DNA of 64,000 nucleotides from Octopus sinensis. Its lineage: Eukaryota. Shown piece after piece: positions 35,701-47,953 of this stretch (positions are counted from its first letter, which is position 1; each line of letters opens with the position of its first letter). The DNA is taken from the NCBI RefSeq assembly GCF_006345805.1, contig NW_021833018.1:62001-126000 (forward strand), in the 5' to 3' direction. A program made the translations under genes and the position numbers. The notes beneath the pieces are model-generated. The model saw only the letters and a program-made list of their open reading frames with translations, ran no database searches and was not told the origin of the DNA.

Positions 35701-37810
35701 AGCGGTTCTCAACTTTTTATACTGGAAACCATTTTTGCGCTATAAATTTTATGGAAACCACCTTAAACTTCAAGAGCCGCTGGTTTAATAAACTTTTCCC
35801 AAAAATTATGTGCAGATTTGTTTTTTGCAATAATCACAAATTAAAATTACAGCATATGATGCTTTAATTTCGATTTATCTTGGGATTTATTAAACCATTC
35901 AAGCTTTGGCTGTGAATCAAACTTCGTTCTTTTGACTTTAAAATATTCATGTGACCAACAATTTTCAGAGTGTATAGACTATGTGGCCCCTAAGTTGAGG
36001 TTTCAGTGAAATTTTGTTTCAAAATTCTATGACAAATCAGGCATTTAGCCTTTATTCCATTATTTAAGGAAATGAATTTAGTAAATCCAAATTGAACGTA
36101 GGAATCGGACTAAAGATGACGATTCTTGTTAACCATAACTATAATGATAAAACACTAATAAAATCATGTTAATTTCAATGTTTTTGATTTATACTTTGTC
36201 ACAGTAAAGACATGAGCCATGCCGGCCATGAGTCACTTTTCAAAAATGTATAAAAATAAATAAATAATTATTAAATAGATATACCTTACTTCAACTATAC
36301 CATATTAGTGTTTTTTATGTTTTTTTTGGATGAAAGTTCATATTTTTCACCCACAAAAAACAAACATAACGCATTTTTCACCCGACATAGCGTTTTATCG
36401 AATAACTTAATTTTTTTTTATTTAGAAACAATTTTAAAATATTAAAATACTTCCTTAGCCGACTAAAATGTACTTTTTCAATAATTTCCCCCTCTTAATT
36501 TTTAAATCTAATGTGCCTCCGTCCTGTTTTATCACTCTGTATGCAGATGTATTTATCTGGTCATACAGAGGATATTTTCTTATGTTTTCATTTATATCTT
36601 GATCCATCCGTAAAAGTCCGTAATCTCCAACTGATATTTCCTTTTCATCGAATCTCCATTTTTTCCTTTTTTTCATTTTCCAAATTGTTAAGTAGGTCTT
36701 CTTGCATTTTATTTACTTCTTTGCTTTCTTGATACACAAAATCTACGTTAGGGTTAGGGTTAGGGTTAATCAAGTTTTTTTCATATCCCACTCCCATAAA
36801 AATGTTAAATGGAATATGCTTCGTAGTGTCATGTTTAGAATTATTATATTCGTAGACAATTTTTTTAATAATCGCATGATATTCCTCAAAAATTTCATTT
36901 GAAACGCTTGTAGAAGAGATCCATCGTTTTATAGATTGGTTAAAGTTTAAAATTAACAAATTAAATATACCGTTCTACCAGATATGGTATCCAAGAGGCA
37001 CGTGGTCTTCCAGATATGTGCTAAGTGCTAAATTTTGCACACATTTCTTCCATCATATTGTTTTTGAACTCCTTTCCATTATCTGTTTGCAAGATTAATG
37101 GAGCTCCAATCATCATAAAAATGTTTTCAATAATAGGCACTATTTCTGTGGCGCATTTGGTTCTCGCAAGTTTAACAACCCCATATTTTGAAAAAGAGTC
37201 AATTAAAACGAGAATCTGGATAAATCGTAATAAATACCCATTTAAAGCTGTTATTTATTTCTGAATATCTTTTTGAATCGATCAAATCAGTAATGTATCT
37301 ATCTCTTGGGCCTCTTGCAATAATAGGAGTGATAATCGGCCTTGTAGCTAGCAATTTTTTGGACTGAAATCGAATAATTTAACTAAATACCTGACAATAA
37401 CCACATTTTTCAATTATTTTGCTAATCTATTCCCGAGTTGCATCATATATCTTTTCCTTAAGCATAAAAAACATTTTATCTCTTCCAAAATGTACATAAT
37501 TGTGCTCACACTAATCATAATTAAATAAATTAATACTTCTATATATTTCAGCGTTAACTCTTGTTCTTCTATGCAGAATAATCTGACTTTTTTATTCCTT
37601 TGTATATGTAGGCTATATTTTCCTCAATAAGTATTCGGTTAGCAATCCTACGTAATCTAAAACGTTTTCTTCTACTGATTCCGTCATCAAATGATCCAAA
37701 TTGTTTAAAAGTTGTTATTTTCAATAAATCCTGTTAATTTTAATATATTTTTATTTTTTAAAAATCCTGAGGACGACTGGAAATTTTCTGCGAACCACGG
37801 TTAAGAACTG
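35701..37810. mobile_element. Possible hAT (Buster-like) non-autonomous element ends enclosing the Ginger fragment
   Basis: AGCGGTTCTCAAC at 35701 and GGTTAAGAACTG at ~37810 form a degenerate inverted pair; no TSD identified. Confidence 0.3.
36197..37690 (-). mobile_element. Second Ginger-like transposon family, decayed, intron-containing
   Basis: Terminus TGTCACA at 36197; HNYVHFGRDK..C..C, ILVLIDSFSKY, LQTDNGKEF, VER, YNNSKHDTTKHIP; 27-nt intron at 37364-37390. Confidence 0.85.
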
Positions 37811-38018
37811 CAAAAGAGGCATACGTTGTCACATTAACTTTCTCTTTCTTTTTTCGGCTTTTCCTTTTAAATAAATTCATTTATTCAACTGATGATTTAG
37901 GACATTTGTCTTATTGTGAACAGTATAATACTGTGTTCTCTACACTTATAAATAATTAAAGGTTCAAATTAGTAAATTAATTAAAGTGGAGAAACATCTC
38001 ATCCAAATAATATTGGTT

Positions 38019-38809
38019 TCAGCTTCCTCCTCTTTCTCCTTCTGAAGACTCATGGGCAGGGATACAGGAGTGGATTTCCGTGACTCTCTGGGGATACTTT
38101 CACTTCTCGATTTGCACATTTGTGATACTTTTACCTTCTATGAACCTCTAAATTTCCACTTTCAAATTCGCTGCGTTTTCTCTGTTTTGGCTGATCGCCC
38201 TAGCCTTATTGGCCTTCTTTAGACTCATCAGTTTCTTGACATCACACGTTCTTTGGATATCGTCACAATAAGTTTTCACAAGCCTCTTGAAATCCAGCAT
38301 CGACAACATGAGAGATCCAGTTGGGTTCAGAGCCATTAAACTCAATGATGAATACTTGAGTGAGTGGAGGTTTATTAACATCTTCCTGATTCTATTGACA
38401 GAACTACCCAAGCAATTTTCTATGGATTCTTAAACCCCGACAGAAAAGTTCCCTGTTTCCTTGAGACTCGTGATTTTATTTTTCAGCAGGGTGCCCATAG
38501 GATTAGACTTTCCATAAATAGCAAAATCTGATATACAACACCACACAAAATATTTTTGTAATAATCTAACAATATAAATTGATATGAAATTTTGGTTGAG
38601 GGGATGATGTGGTTCTTCATAGTCATGACTGGAAAAAACAAGAATTTCGACTTGTGCTTTTCTCTCACGTCAGGGGACTCAGTAACACGTGAAAAAGAAG
38701 ACCATTGGAACTATAAATCAATATTACTTTCCTGACGATATAAATCGTTACAGGGTTGGTATCACTGTAAGAAAAGACACCACCAGCAAAAATAATACTA
38801 ATTCTTCAT
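38019..38809 (-). CDS. Hypothetical spliced protein, head-to-head with CYFIP
   Basis: ORFs 38483-38668 and 38148-38411 can be joined by GT-AG introns of 25-34 nt to a stop at 38019; no family recognised. Confidence 0.45.
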
Positions 38810-38903
38810 ACTGATTTGATTGATTTATTTATTTATAAACAGTAATCCTTTGATAATAAATATTTAATTGTTATCTAACAATACCCGCCAGTTGTAGTGG
38901 AGA

Positions 38904-41900
38904 ATGAGCACTGACCGCGTGTGTATAACAGATGTGTTAAATATAATTGAAACAATGGAACAAATGACATTTTATAATGACCAACCATCCACATCCCCTC
39001 CTTCCGCCTTATCATACTGCCCTAACCACGACAGACACTTTGCAGACATTCGAGAATTCCCCTCTTCATTCCACCACGAAGTCACTCGTCAGTCCTCCCT
39101 TGTACTCACTACCACTCACTCCTAGTCGCACATTCTCGACATAGGCCAGCACTACTGCCATCAACTGTACACGTGGAGTAGTTTGACTCAATCAATTCCC
39201 GCCGTTTTGTCTATCCATTCTAGCTTTAGGAAATTCTGAATAGTGAGAACATTGATGACCAAGTCAATATATACGACTATATGAAGCCACATATCAATCA
39301 ATTAGCAGACTTAATTGGCTTTACTGTTAATTATTTATGATTACCCAAGAAAAACTCAATCGATACCATCAAAGCAGAAGTGGAGATCACCTGTGTTCAC
39401 CTCGACAGACTGACTTGGTCAAATTGTTATTATTTGGGGAGGCTAATCTGCGTGATTTATAAACTGAGTATCCTCAAGGACAAGAACGCCTACATCAGCA
39501 CTGATTTCTCTATATTTAAAAGGTTGAGTGACTAGTGTAAGTATTAGATGCCTGCTTTCCATTGATTCGGCCAGTTCTCACCAGATAGTTCAAGACAGTA
39601 AGGAAATTGTCGTCTTTCTGGCCGAAGTGAATTCTATTTGGAACCTCTTTACTGAATCTGTGTTCACAATTGACAATTTTCCTCAACTTCTTCTACAAAT
39701 TCTGTCCGTGTATGTTGAGAGAATCACTTCTCTGGCTTACCTGACCCCGGATATATATTTCTCTGATGTTCTGGTAGTATAAAGTGTAATATTTTTAGAC
39801 TATAGCAATATTGACTGGATTAATTGACCGTGTTTCGTCTTTGAGTAGACTCGACCATAGAAAATCGTTTAGTGTTAGCAAAATCGATTCAATTTTATCT
39901 GTGTGTAAAAAAACGTGTCATTTTGTTTAGAAAACACCTCAAGTGGAGATTTGTGGTGATGTAGTGATAAATACGTTTGATATAATCACCAATCAGTCTA
40001 ATATCGATTTGTCAAAATGGCCCTTGTCGTCGAATAAGGCAAAAAATGTTCCTCAGCTGAATATGGGGGATCTCAGGACTCGTTGGGATTTGTTTAGCCG
40101 GCAGATGACACTTCTCTCCTTACAGAATGATCAGCACACGTGGAGGGATGCTTCGGAATATTATGCTAAAATTGCTCGTATGACATTTGACTGTGTCGAG
40201 TTTTTATGTCAGCTTAGAATAGTCGTACAAAAAATGGTATAAAAATATACTAATAGTAGTATATGTACAAATTGACACATCCGGCAGTGGGACACCACAA
40301 GAGCGAACTTTATGATAAAGTATTTGTTATTAATAATTAGGCAATTCGATTTAATATGAATAAAAATGACTGTTCTAATATAATTGAAATAATTTCCATG
40401 TCTAAATCCCTGCATGTGAAATTGGACTCGATGCACTCTTTGTTGGAGGAAGCAATATCTGCCCACACATATACCACCACCCAACTCCTCTGCTCTTCCA
40501 TCGAACGAGTCATTTCCCGAAAGAACTGTCCAGTCTCCTCCAAGAGGTCTCCCATTTTATTAGGAGTGCTCAGTACTGGCCGACTACTACTGGAAATATG
40601 CCAGGATGTGCCCGGAGACCGAAAAGTCACACCATCGACCACCCAAATATATTTATTCCTTCAAGTCTATCGAGAATTAATGGGAAAGAAAGATTTTGTT
40701 CGGTTGTTTAAGAAGGAAGTAAAGCATTGGTTGGACTGTGAGCAGATTGTGAGGGAAATTGAGTGTTGGAATGAACTTGCTGACTTGAAAAGTGGGTGAC
40801 TGTACTCCTGACTTGCAGGGACTGTCGGAGTGTGTTGTAGTTACTCCTCCCTCCTATTCAGAGAGTACCATTCCTCACTTCAGATGGAAAAGTGTGTTTG
40901 TCTCCCATTGGAGAGTTCACTAGTTTGGATATTGGTTGAACATTTGTTGAATATTCGAATGCAGTGGGATAATTGGGGGTTAGTCTGGTTATACTATTTG
41001 TAGGTGTTTGTTATACTTGTTTGATATATATAATGATGCATGTCATGACTGTTTATACAAGTACAAGAAGGCACAGCTCTTTTATCAGGTGGAGGCTGAG
41101 GTTGTCCTATCTGGGCTACTTGTAGGCGGATGTGGCACTCAGTCTGACTGTCTTGAGGATGAGTGAATGCATATACGCCAATTATAAAGAGCGGAGTGCA
41201 TAGTTGAATTGGTTTGAATATACTACTGTAGTATTCTGCTTAATAAGTCATTTCGGAATGCAATTCTGGATGTATGTGCAGTCACTCCTCCATGTCGACT
41301 CACCGCTGTTTCCTTAGGACGTATTCGGACATTTAAAGTTGTCTCTTTTAGTTATTGAGTGACAGTTGATTGGTCGAGATGTGGACTTTGGAGGTCTGTT
41401 GAGTGATAGACTGAATGTGTTGTTCTCTCTTAGTTTAGAGCAGATTGTTCTACGACTGAGAACGAGTGATGTGACACAGATATTTGTATTCACACGTGAA
41501 TTATTTATAAAAGGAATTCGATGGTTTGATGGAATTGAATAGAATTTGTCACCGTCATTTGAGTCAGTATTTCGAATTAATTGACTTTGATGTTATGTTT
41601 GGGAAGTATATGGCGACGGAGTGTTGTGAGAGAGTCGTCAGTGAGATTATGAACACGGTTATTCTGCGGTATTCCTTTGATCTGACTTGGCGGTTTAAAA
41701 AGTGTAAAAATGACACGTGTCGTCATAAAATAGTATCTCACTTGCACAATTGGGGAAATAAGGTGAAATTGTTTAATATTTATTAAAAGACTCTAAATTC
41801 CCTGTTTGCTTACATTTATAAGCAAAAAGAAGAGTTTCTGACATTGTGTCATGTCGAGATTATGTACAAGTTGGGAGGAGACAAACTGTTGGACACACTG

Positions 41901-42645
41901 ATTGCGGAGATGAAAAAATTGGTTCAATTTTTGGTATTTTGTGAGATCAAAATGTGATAGGGTGACCGTATTCTTGCTCTCAGTTGCAGAATATATGATT
42001 TTGTTGAAAAGGGTGATAATTTGTCAGAGACTATCAAAAGAATGTTCACAAAGAGTGATGCGCATACCACAAAGAGCTGTCAAGCTCTTATTGAAAATTC
42101 AAGTCTGTGGATTGAGTTGTTGGGTTATTTGAAACAACTTGGGAACTGTTATGGTTTAATGGCCATGTTTGACCGGGCTATGGTCAGTCTAGTTCATTAT
42201 CCTTTAGAATCCTCAGAACATGGCCCAATTGAGAATGGAAAAAGAGGGTACACTGTGTAAAAGACTGTTGTCTGAAGTTTATTGTCACTCCTTGTCAAAG
42301 TATGACCAGGAAATGTATTTATATAGGAAAAGTAATATGTTTGTGAGAGTATGGGAGACTGTGACTATGTTGTGTCTTCTTCCAGAGACAACTGAGTATT
42401 TGTGGCTGAGATTATAGTTTTATAGTGATTGGCTGTGTCATGGGGCAGTTTTGGGAGGTGTGGTTGTGTTGGTCAGTGGAGGAGTGTGTCCTATGCCTAG
42501 TATTACTCATGCCATTTTTACTGAGGAGAATAGTACAGTTAGTATTGCTGAGTTTTGATTGGCCTAGGTTTTTGGAGGTAAAATGAAAAAGTATATTGAT
42601 TGTTATGGAAGTTGTATATCTCTGGTAGAAGGATTTTATTATTAA
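38904..42645 (+). CDS. CYFIP: CYFIP/Sra-1 (WAVE regulatory complex subunit), highly diverged, ~19 micro-introns
   Basis: GQHYCHQLYTWSS..IP, DFSIFKR, YKLTHP..AIRFN..IEIISMSKSL, LVWILVEH, LFDIYNDA..LFYQVEAE, LIGRDVD, LKQLGN; removing 21-30-nt GT-AG introns gives one open frame. Confidence 0.9.
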
Positions 42646-42732
42646 GTTTGTATTGATGCTAAATACTTTTTTAATTAATTATTTTGTTAATCATTTTTTT
42701 GAATATTAAAATATTTATTCAAGTTAATTTAA

Positions 42733-42835
42733 TTATTAATCGAACGAATATCTATAGCCATAGTCATAGGCAATACTCTGCCTATCTGCCAATGACGATT
42801 TTTCTCTTGTACTTTTATTAATAAATAAAGACTAC
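42733..42835 (+). mobile_element. ~100-bp CRE-like 3' end (same family as 57560-59400)
   Basis: LLIERISIAIVIGNTLPICQ* plus a 3' UTR and (TAAA)n tail shared with the copies at 56343 and 57560. Confidence 0.85.
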
Positions 42836-42849
42836 TATAATACAAAAAA

Positions 42850-43410
42850 TTATTAATCAATTAAACTTCTCCTTCTGGTTGCTATATTCTCTATTTGCAA
42901 AGTGATTCAGGTAGGCAAGCCCGCCTCTTTCCGTTCGAGTTTGTCTAGTTCAAGCGTCCTTTCCCATGGTTCAACTCTGTTTCTATAAGAAACAATCATG
43001 CTCTCAAGAGTTTTCTTTATAGTGAGAGATTTAATGTATGCGTACGTTTTCTCACTGATGTTAAGCGAATTTGCATATTGTAGAAATTTTTGAGTAACCA
43101 GCGAATCCCATGCTAATACAATAGATACTATTTTCACTTTCGCATGATAGATTAATTCCAGCTCTTTGGATAGCAGGTCATAGTTCCTCATTTTTTCGAT
43201 CTCCACTTGTTGTAAGTTTTGGGAAGATGTTATCCCAACTTCAACCAACAAAATTTGATTTCTTATCTTGTCAAAAACAAACAAATCGGGCTTGGTCCAA
43301 CATACATGTTATACGCCGTAGCTCTTATGGGACACAGGATGTTCACAAATCGAAATAAGATATGTCACCCGTGTGTAAAACTAATCTCCAGTAGTGGTTT
43401 CTCTATTTAT
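42850..43410 (-). mobile_element. R4/NeSL-like REL retrotransposon 3' fragment (third family)
   Basis: KPDLFVFDK..VEVGITS..YDLLSKEL..IVLAWDSLVT..IKKTLES. Confidence 0.88.
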
Positions 43411-44079
43411 TACATTAAGCATCTGTTCGAAGATTGACTCGTGAAGAGATGTGAGCTTCTTCAGGAAAAATCATACACACCATCGCAGCCTGTGGCCTTC
43501 CAATTTGCAAATATTTAATGATCTTTTGAAATAAACATTTCGAGACTTGAACTGTTACACCTTCTACTCCAGTCATCCATTTCTCAATCTCCACAATCTG
43601 ACCGCTCAACTGTTTTTTCTGGCAGATATTCTGCCAATACGTTCCACAATCTTCGAGCCAAGCATACCAACCCACAACAAACCCTTACACGTTTTTTTTG
43701 TTAATCATTCAATTAATTTAAATTATATAGTACCTGTCCTTGCAAAAATGGAGCCTGATTGTGATCATCAAAAAATTGAAATCAGAAATATCTTAGTCCC
43801 AACACAAGACTTTGGTTTATTAATAGAGAATATTTCGGAAATCTTGGCAGGCACAAAACAAACAAACCTTAACGATGTTTATTTTCTCGCGTGTCCTTTC
43901 AAAAAGTCCGAGTTGCAAAACCTTCTGCGAGCTAAGACTGTCGAAATGTTCTTTATTCTGAACTTTTTTCTCTACTTGACTTTTTTCTTAAAAATTGCAT
44001 CCATGTTCCCAAACTATTATATTTATTGAGATGCTCATAATGCTACATACACGATGAAATATTGCATTCTATTAATTGC

Positions 44080-44700
44080 ACGTTAAGATTGTGTTCCGAT
44101 TCGATCCTAAACATTTGTTTCGGTGGACGCAATTTAAACTAGCACTTAATTCTGGCGCAACTGGCCTAAGATTAGCCCAGGACCTTTTCCTCCCGGCTTT
44201 CCTGTCCTCTCACCCATTCTGTCGAAGGCTATCCTTGAGATTATTCATAAACCCCTCGAATCTTCTTTGGACACGCCTTTTAAAGATGAATGTATGCTGT
44301 GAAAGAATTTAAGATTAAAATTCCCACTTCAAACATCTCCCCACGGAGCTGGGACAATTTACGCTGTTAATTTACTTTAGAGAACCAGCATCGCCTTGCA
44401 TGTTTACGCTTTGCAGCTGTGCCGCACAACGGGTCATGGCATACCCAATTGCTGGCCTTGAAACATTATTAGAGGATGCATCGGTACTGCCCTGAGACTT
44501 GGACATCTGCGAACAACATTGTTGCAAATGTAGAAAAATGGTTGACGTCAAAGGTGTCCACGTACTGTTTGGCAAATGAAGTGTTGGGCGAGCTCCTCGG
44601 CACTTTGCTGTTAACAATGTTATCATAAGAGATCTTGATTCAGCGGATTTCCCCTCGGTGCTGGAGCCAATGAAAATTTTGGACAATTGTTTAGGGATCT
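44080..44700 (+). mobile_element. Decayed CRE-like fragment
   Basis: WTQFKL..GLRLAQDLFLPAFLSS, H-C-C and RH..VN..IIRDLDSADFPSVLEP remnants. Confidence 0.7.
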
Positions 44701-44789
44701 CGTCTGAAAATCTAAGCAAAATTATTTTTTCGATGAAACAAAATTCGAGTTATTTTCAACAAATAAACGAAATAAGCTTCAATATTTTT

Positions 44790-44990
44790 TCGGTGAGAGA
44801 TATCATTTGGCGACAATATGCCTACGTTTAAATTTGTGTAAGGAAGTGTTCTAGCCTGGGACTGTATTTCGTCTAAAGGAGTAGGCCAGCTCGTTTTTAT
44901 TGATGGGATTATGGCGGCTGCACATGATTTGCAAATCTTACTACAAAATTTAAATCAGTCCGTGGGAGAAATGAGTTTAACAGCGATGTT
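44790..44990 (+). mobile_element. Tc1 transposase remnant
   Basis: SVLAWDCISSKGVGQLVFIDGIM. Confidence 0.7.
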
Positions 44991-45302
44991 AGTGAAGTCA
45001 TTCACTTCCTACAACAAAATACTCAATGACAGGTTGAGGATGACGGAATCGTACTCACTAAACAAAAATGCTTTAAAAAATATCAAATTGGTGATGGTAA
45101 AAAAAGAGTGCAGTTAGAGAGGTAAGGAATAACTCGAAAAAGAATAAATGCTTACAGCAATAAATAGTTTAATTCTGTCTTGTTATTATTTACATTCGAA
45201 ACTTTTAATTCTTTAATATCGTTAAAATATTTTTTAATTTTTAGTATCACTTCATTCTTTACAATCACTAATTAAAATGATTTTTTACACAGCTAATAAT
45301 TG

Positions 45303-45558
45303 TCAAAAAATAAATTGCTTCAACAATATCCAACCACTCCCTGATAAGAGGACAATTTTAAGTGAAATGTGAGTCGGAGTGTAAAGACATCTAACTCAAC
45401 TAGCAAGAGAGGGCATATCGAACTCTGACCTTAATCTGGAACTGTTCTTGAATGACTTGAAAATTAAAAAATTAAACAGGCGATAGGAATGTACTAATTG
45501 CAGTATTAGGACGCAAGAAAGATGTCCACTCTAAGCATGTGTACATTTGCCTAAACAT
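45303..45558 (-). CDS. Candidate small gene divergent from IDH3A
   Basis: MFRQMYTCLEWTSFLRPN.. and a hydrophobic last exon ..KIVLLSGSGWILLKQFIF* separated by intron-like segments; splicing not resolved. Confidence 0.25.
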
Positions 45559-45620
45559 TTTCTTAGTACAACACTAAATATATTGTATTGCTATTTTCTA
45601 ATAAAATTACGATCAAAGTA

Positions 45621-46803
45621 ATGTTTCGTGGAGTATGTACTTATTCAAATGTTGCAGGGACTCCGCACTGTCACTCTCATCCCTGGAGACGGAATCGGCC
45701 CTGAAATATCCGCGTCAGTTCAAAAGATATTTTCGGCAGCACAGGTTGATCACCTCTGAGGAGACAGGCCCCCATCGAATGGGAGACTGTGGCAGTGACC
45801 CCCGTCCGATCCATTGATGGATCCTACAACATTCCCAAGGAGTGCGTCGAGTCGATGAGCAGGACGAAGGTGGGACTGAAGGGTCCACTGGCCACGCCCA
45901 TTGGGAAGGGTCACAAGTCCCTGAACCTGCTCCTCCGCAAGTTGGTGTATTGAGAGGAATATTAGGACATTCAATTTATATGCTAACGTGAGACCCTGCA
46001 GATCGTTGGCCGGGTACAAGACGGCTTATGAGAACGTGGATATTGTCACTATCCGTGAAAACACCGAGGGGGAATATAGTGGAATAGAACACGTCGTAAC
46101 TCCGGGGGTTGTTCAGAGTATCAAACTCATTACTGAGTCCGCCTCTCGTCGGGTGGCAGATTTTGCTTTCAAATATGCCCGAGATAACAACCGCAGTGGA
46201 GTGACAGCAGTCCACAAGGCCAATATAATGTTCGTCCGACTATTCACTCGTAGGCGAATGTCTGACGGGCTTTTCCTCAAGTGTTGTCGCAGGGCAGCCG
46301 CCGACAACCCAGACGTTCCCTTCAGCGAGATCTACCTCGACAAAGTCTGTCTGAATGTACTCCTTCTTTTCTACTGTAGATGGTCCAGAATCCTTCCAAC
46401 TTTGATTTGCTGCTCATGCCCAATTTGTACGGGGATATTCTTAGGTTGTTTAATTTTATCACTGCAGTGACTTGTGTGCGGGTCTAATCGGTGGACTGGG
46501 GGTCACTCCCAGTGGCAACATTGGCGAAGATGGGGCCATATTCGAGTCCGTGCATGGAACTGCCCCCGACATTGCAGGACGTGACCTAGCCAATCCCACT
46601 GCTCTCCTCCTGAGTAGTTGCATGATGCTTCGATATCTCAACCTTCCCGACCATGCTGACCGGATCGAACGGGCCTGCTTCCGCTCCATTCAGGACGCCT
46701 CGGTTTCTTTACTTTTCTTACATCTCAGGCTCTCACTAACGACTTGGGAGGTTCTAGTACTTGTTCGCAGTTTACTGCTGCCGTCATCGATCGGCTTGAC
46801 TAA
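45621..46803 (+). CDS. IDH3A: Isocitrate dehydrogenase [NAD] subunit alpha
   Basis: [75 protein letters not shown]; seven introns of 23-26 nt. Confidence 0.97.
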
Positions 46804-46984
46804 TTATTCTAATACTCATTCTGATCATTACTATACTATTTTTAGTTCGATTCTGACATTTTTAATATAATATTTTACAACGCGATATTCAATATTTACA
46901 ATGCGATATTCTATTTTGACATTTTATATCAATTTTAGCAATGCTACATTCCTTTTGACTATGTGATACTTTATTATGAATTTT

Positions 46985-47790
46985 TTCTCGCAGTGGACCA
47001 TATTTTCTAAAGACTGTCAAGCATGCTTAATTTCTGGTATCTTGATGATATCATTTTGGGTGCTTCAATTGAATCGGTGGTATTGGTATCCGCTCCCTCC
47101 CTTGCTTTCTATCTTCTCTTTCGGCATTGAGAAATTTTGTCAAATCTGTTTTTTTTCCTCTCCTAAACATTAGAACTGACTGAATTTTCTTCTGCACTCA
47201 ACGTTTGGACTGCATCTTGTCTTCCCATCCCCGAGCTGGATTATTTTCAAAAAAGTTGAGATTCCATTCGGTTAAAGAAATTGTGGAATCCCTGAAAACA
47301 AGCGCCAATCAAATCGAACTCGCCTCAATGAACGCGACAGCACAACCACACTTAGGGATCAGGTTAAATGCCATCCCACTATCCTCAGCCGGTTTACTCT
47401 TCGATGATAAGTCAGTTCGACTCGGTACCTGTCTTCCACTCGGAATCCCTTTTTGCAACCCCCACCCGTGCAAGTGTAGGCGTTTGATAGACTCGAATAG
47501 CCTCCTTCCTGCCGTTAAGCGCTGGAAGTACCTAATCCCGTGACACTCCAGTTTAAACAAAGTCGTCAAACGGGGTTTTAATGCCGCAAGCTTCCCTTCG
47601 GTTCTGAAGTGCCGACTCTTTCGCTAAGGGAGCCTTGAATTCCACGGCTTGTCGACCCGATTCGTCAGCCGAGAAGGCCGAATTCGCGAAACTAACGAAA
47701 TAAGAGGATTTACGCGATCGATTTTGCTTTTGGGTAATTGCTATCGAGACTTTCTGTGTTTTCGGGGCCAAGACGCTTGCCGACCAGGAG
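46985..47790 (+). mobile_element. Decayed CRE-like fragment
   Basis: WYLDD-like RT motif (TGGTATCTTGATGAT), LNAIPLSSAG, HPCKC, AIET remnants. Confidence 0.75.
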
Positions 47791-47953
47791 TTGAAGGTTA
47801 TTCAATTAATACTTACTTAAGGTTCATTAACTTAAATGACATGTAATCAGTACCCAGTGACTATAGCTAACATAGTTCTCCATGAAACACCTTTTCTTGA
47901 CGGTTATCTGATGAAGTGAGTTGGTTACAAAAATAAGCGTTACAAATTAATTA

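Noticed and set aside
36748-36768. (TTAGGG)3 telomere-like repeat
   Set aside because: Only three units, lying in frame inside a Ginger ORF (NPNPNP); simple slippage explains it and no breakpoint is evident.
38904-42645. Fragmented ORFs with frequent in-frame stops suggesting a variant genetic code
   Set aside because: All stops fall inside removable 21-30-nt GT-AG introns, and genes end normally at TAA or TGA.
43415-44030. Overlapping 160-aa and 86-aa ORFs
   Set aside because: No recognisable motif or coherent splice structure; cannot be supported as a gene.
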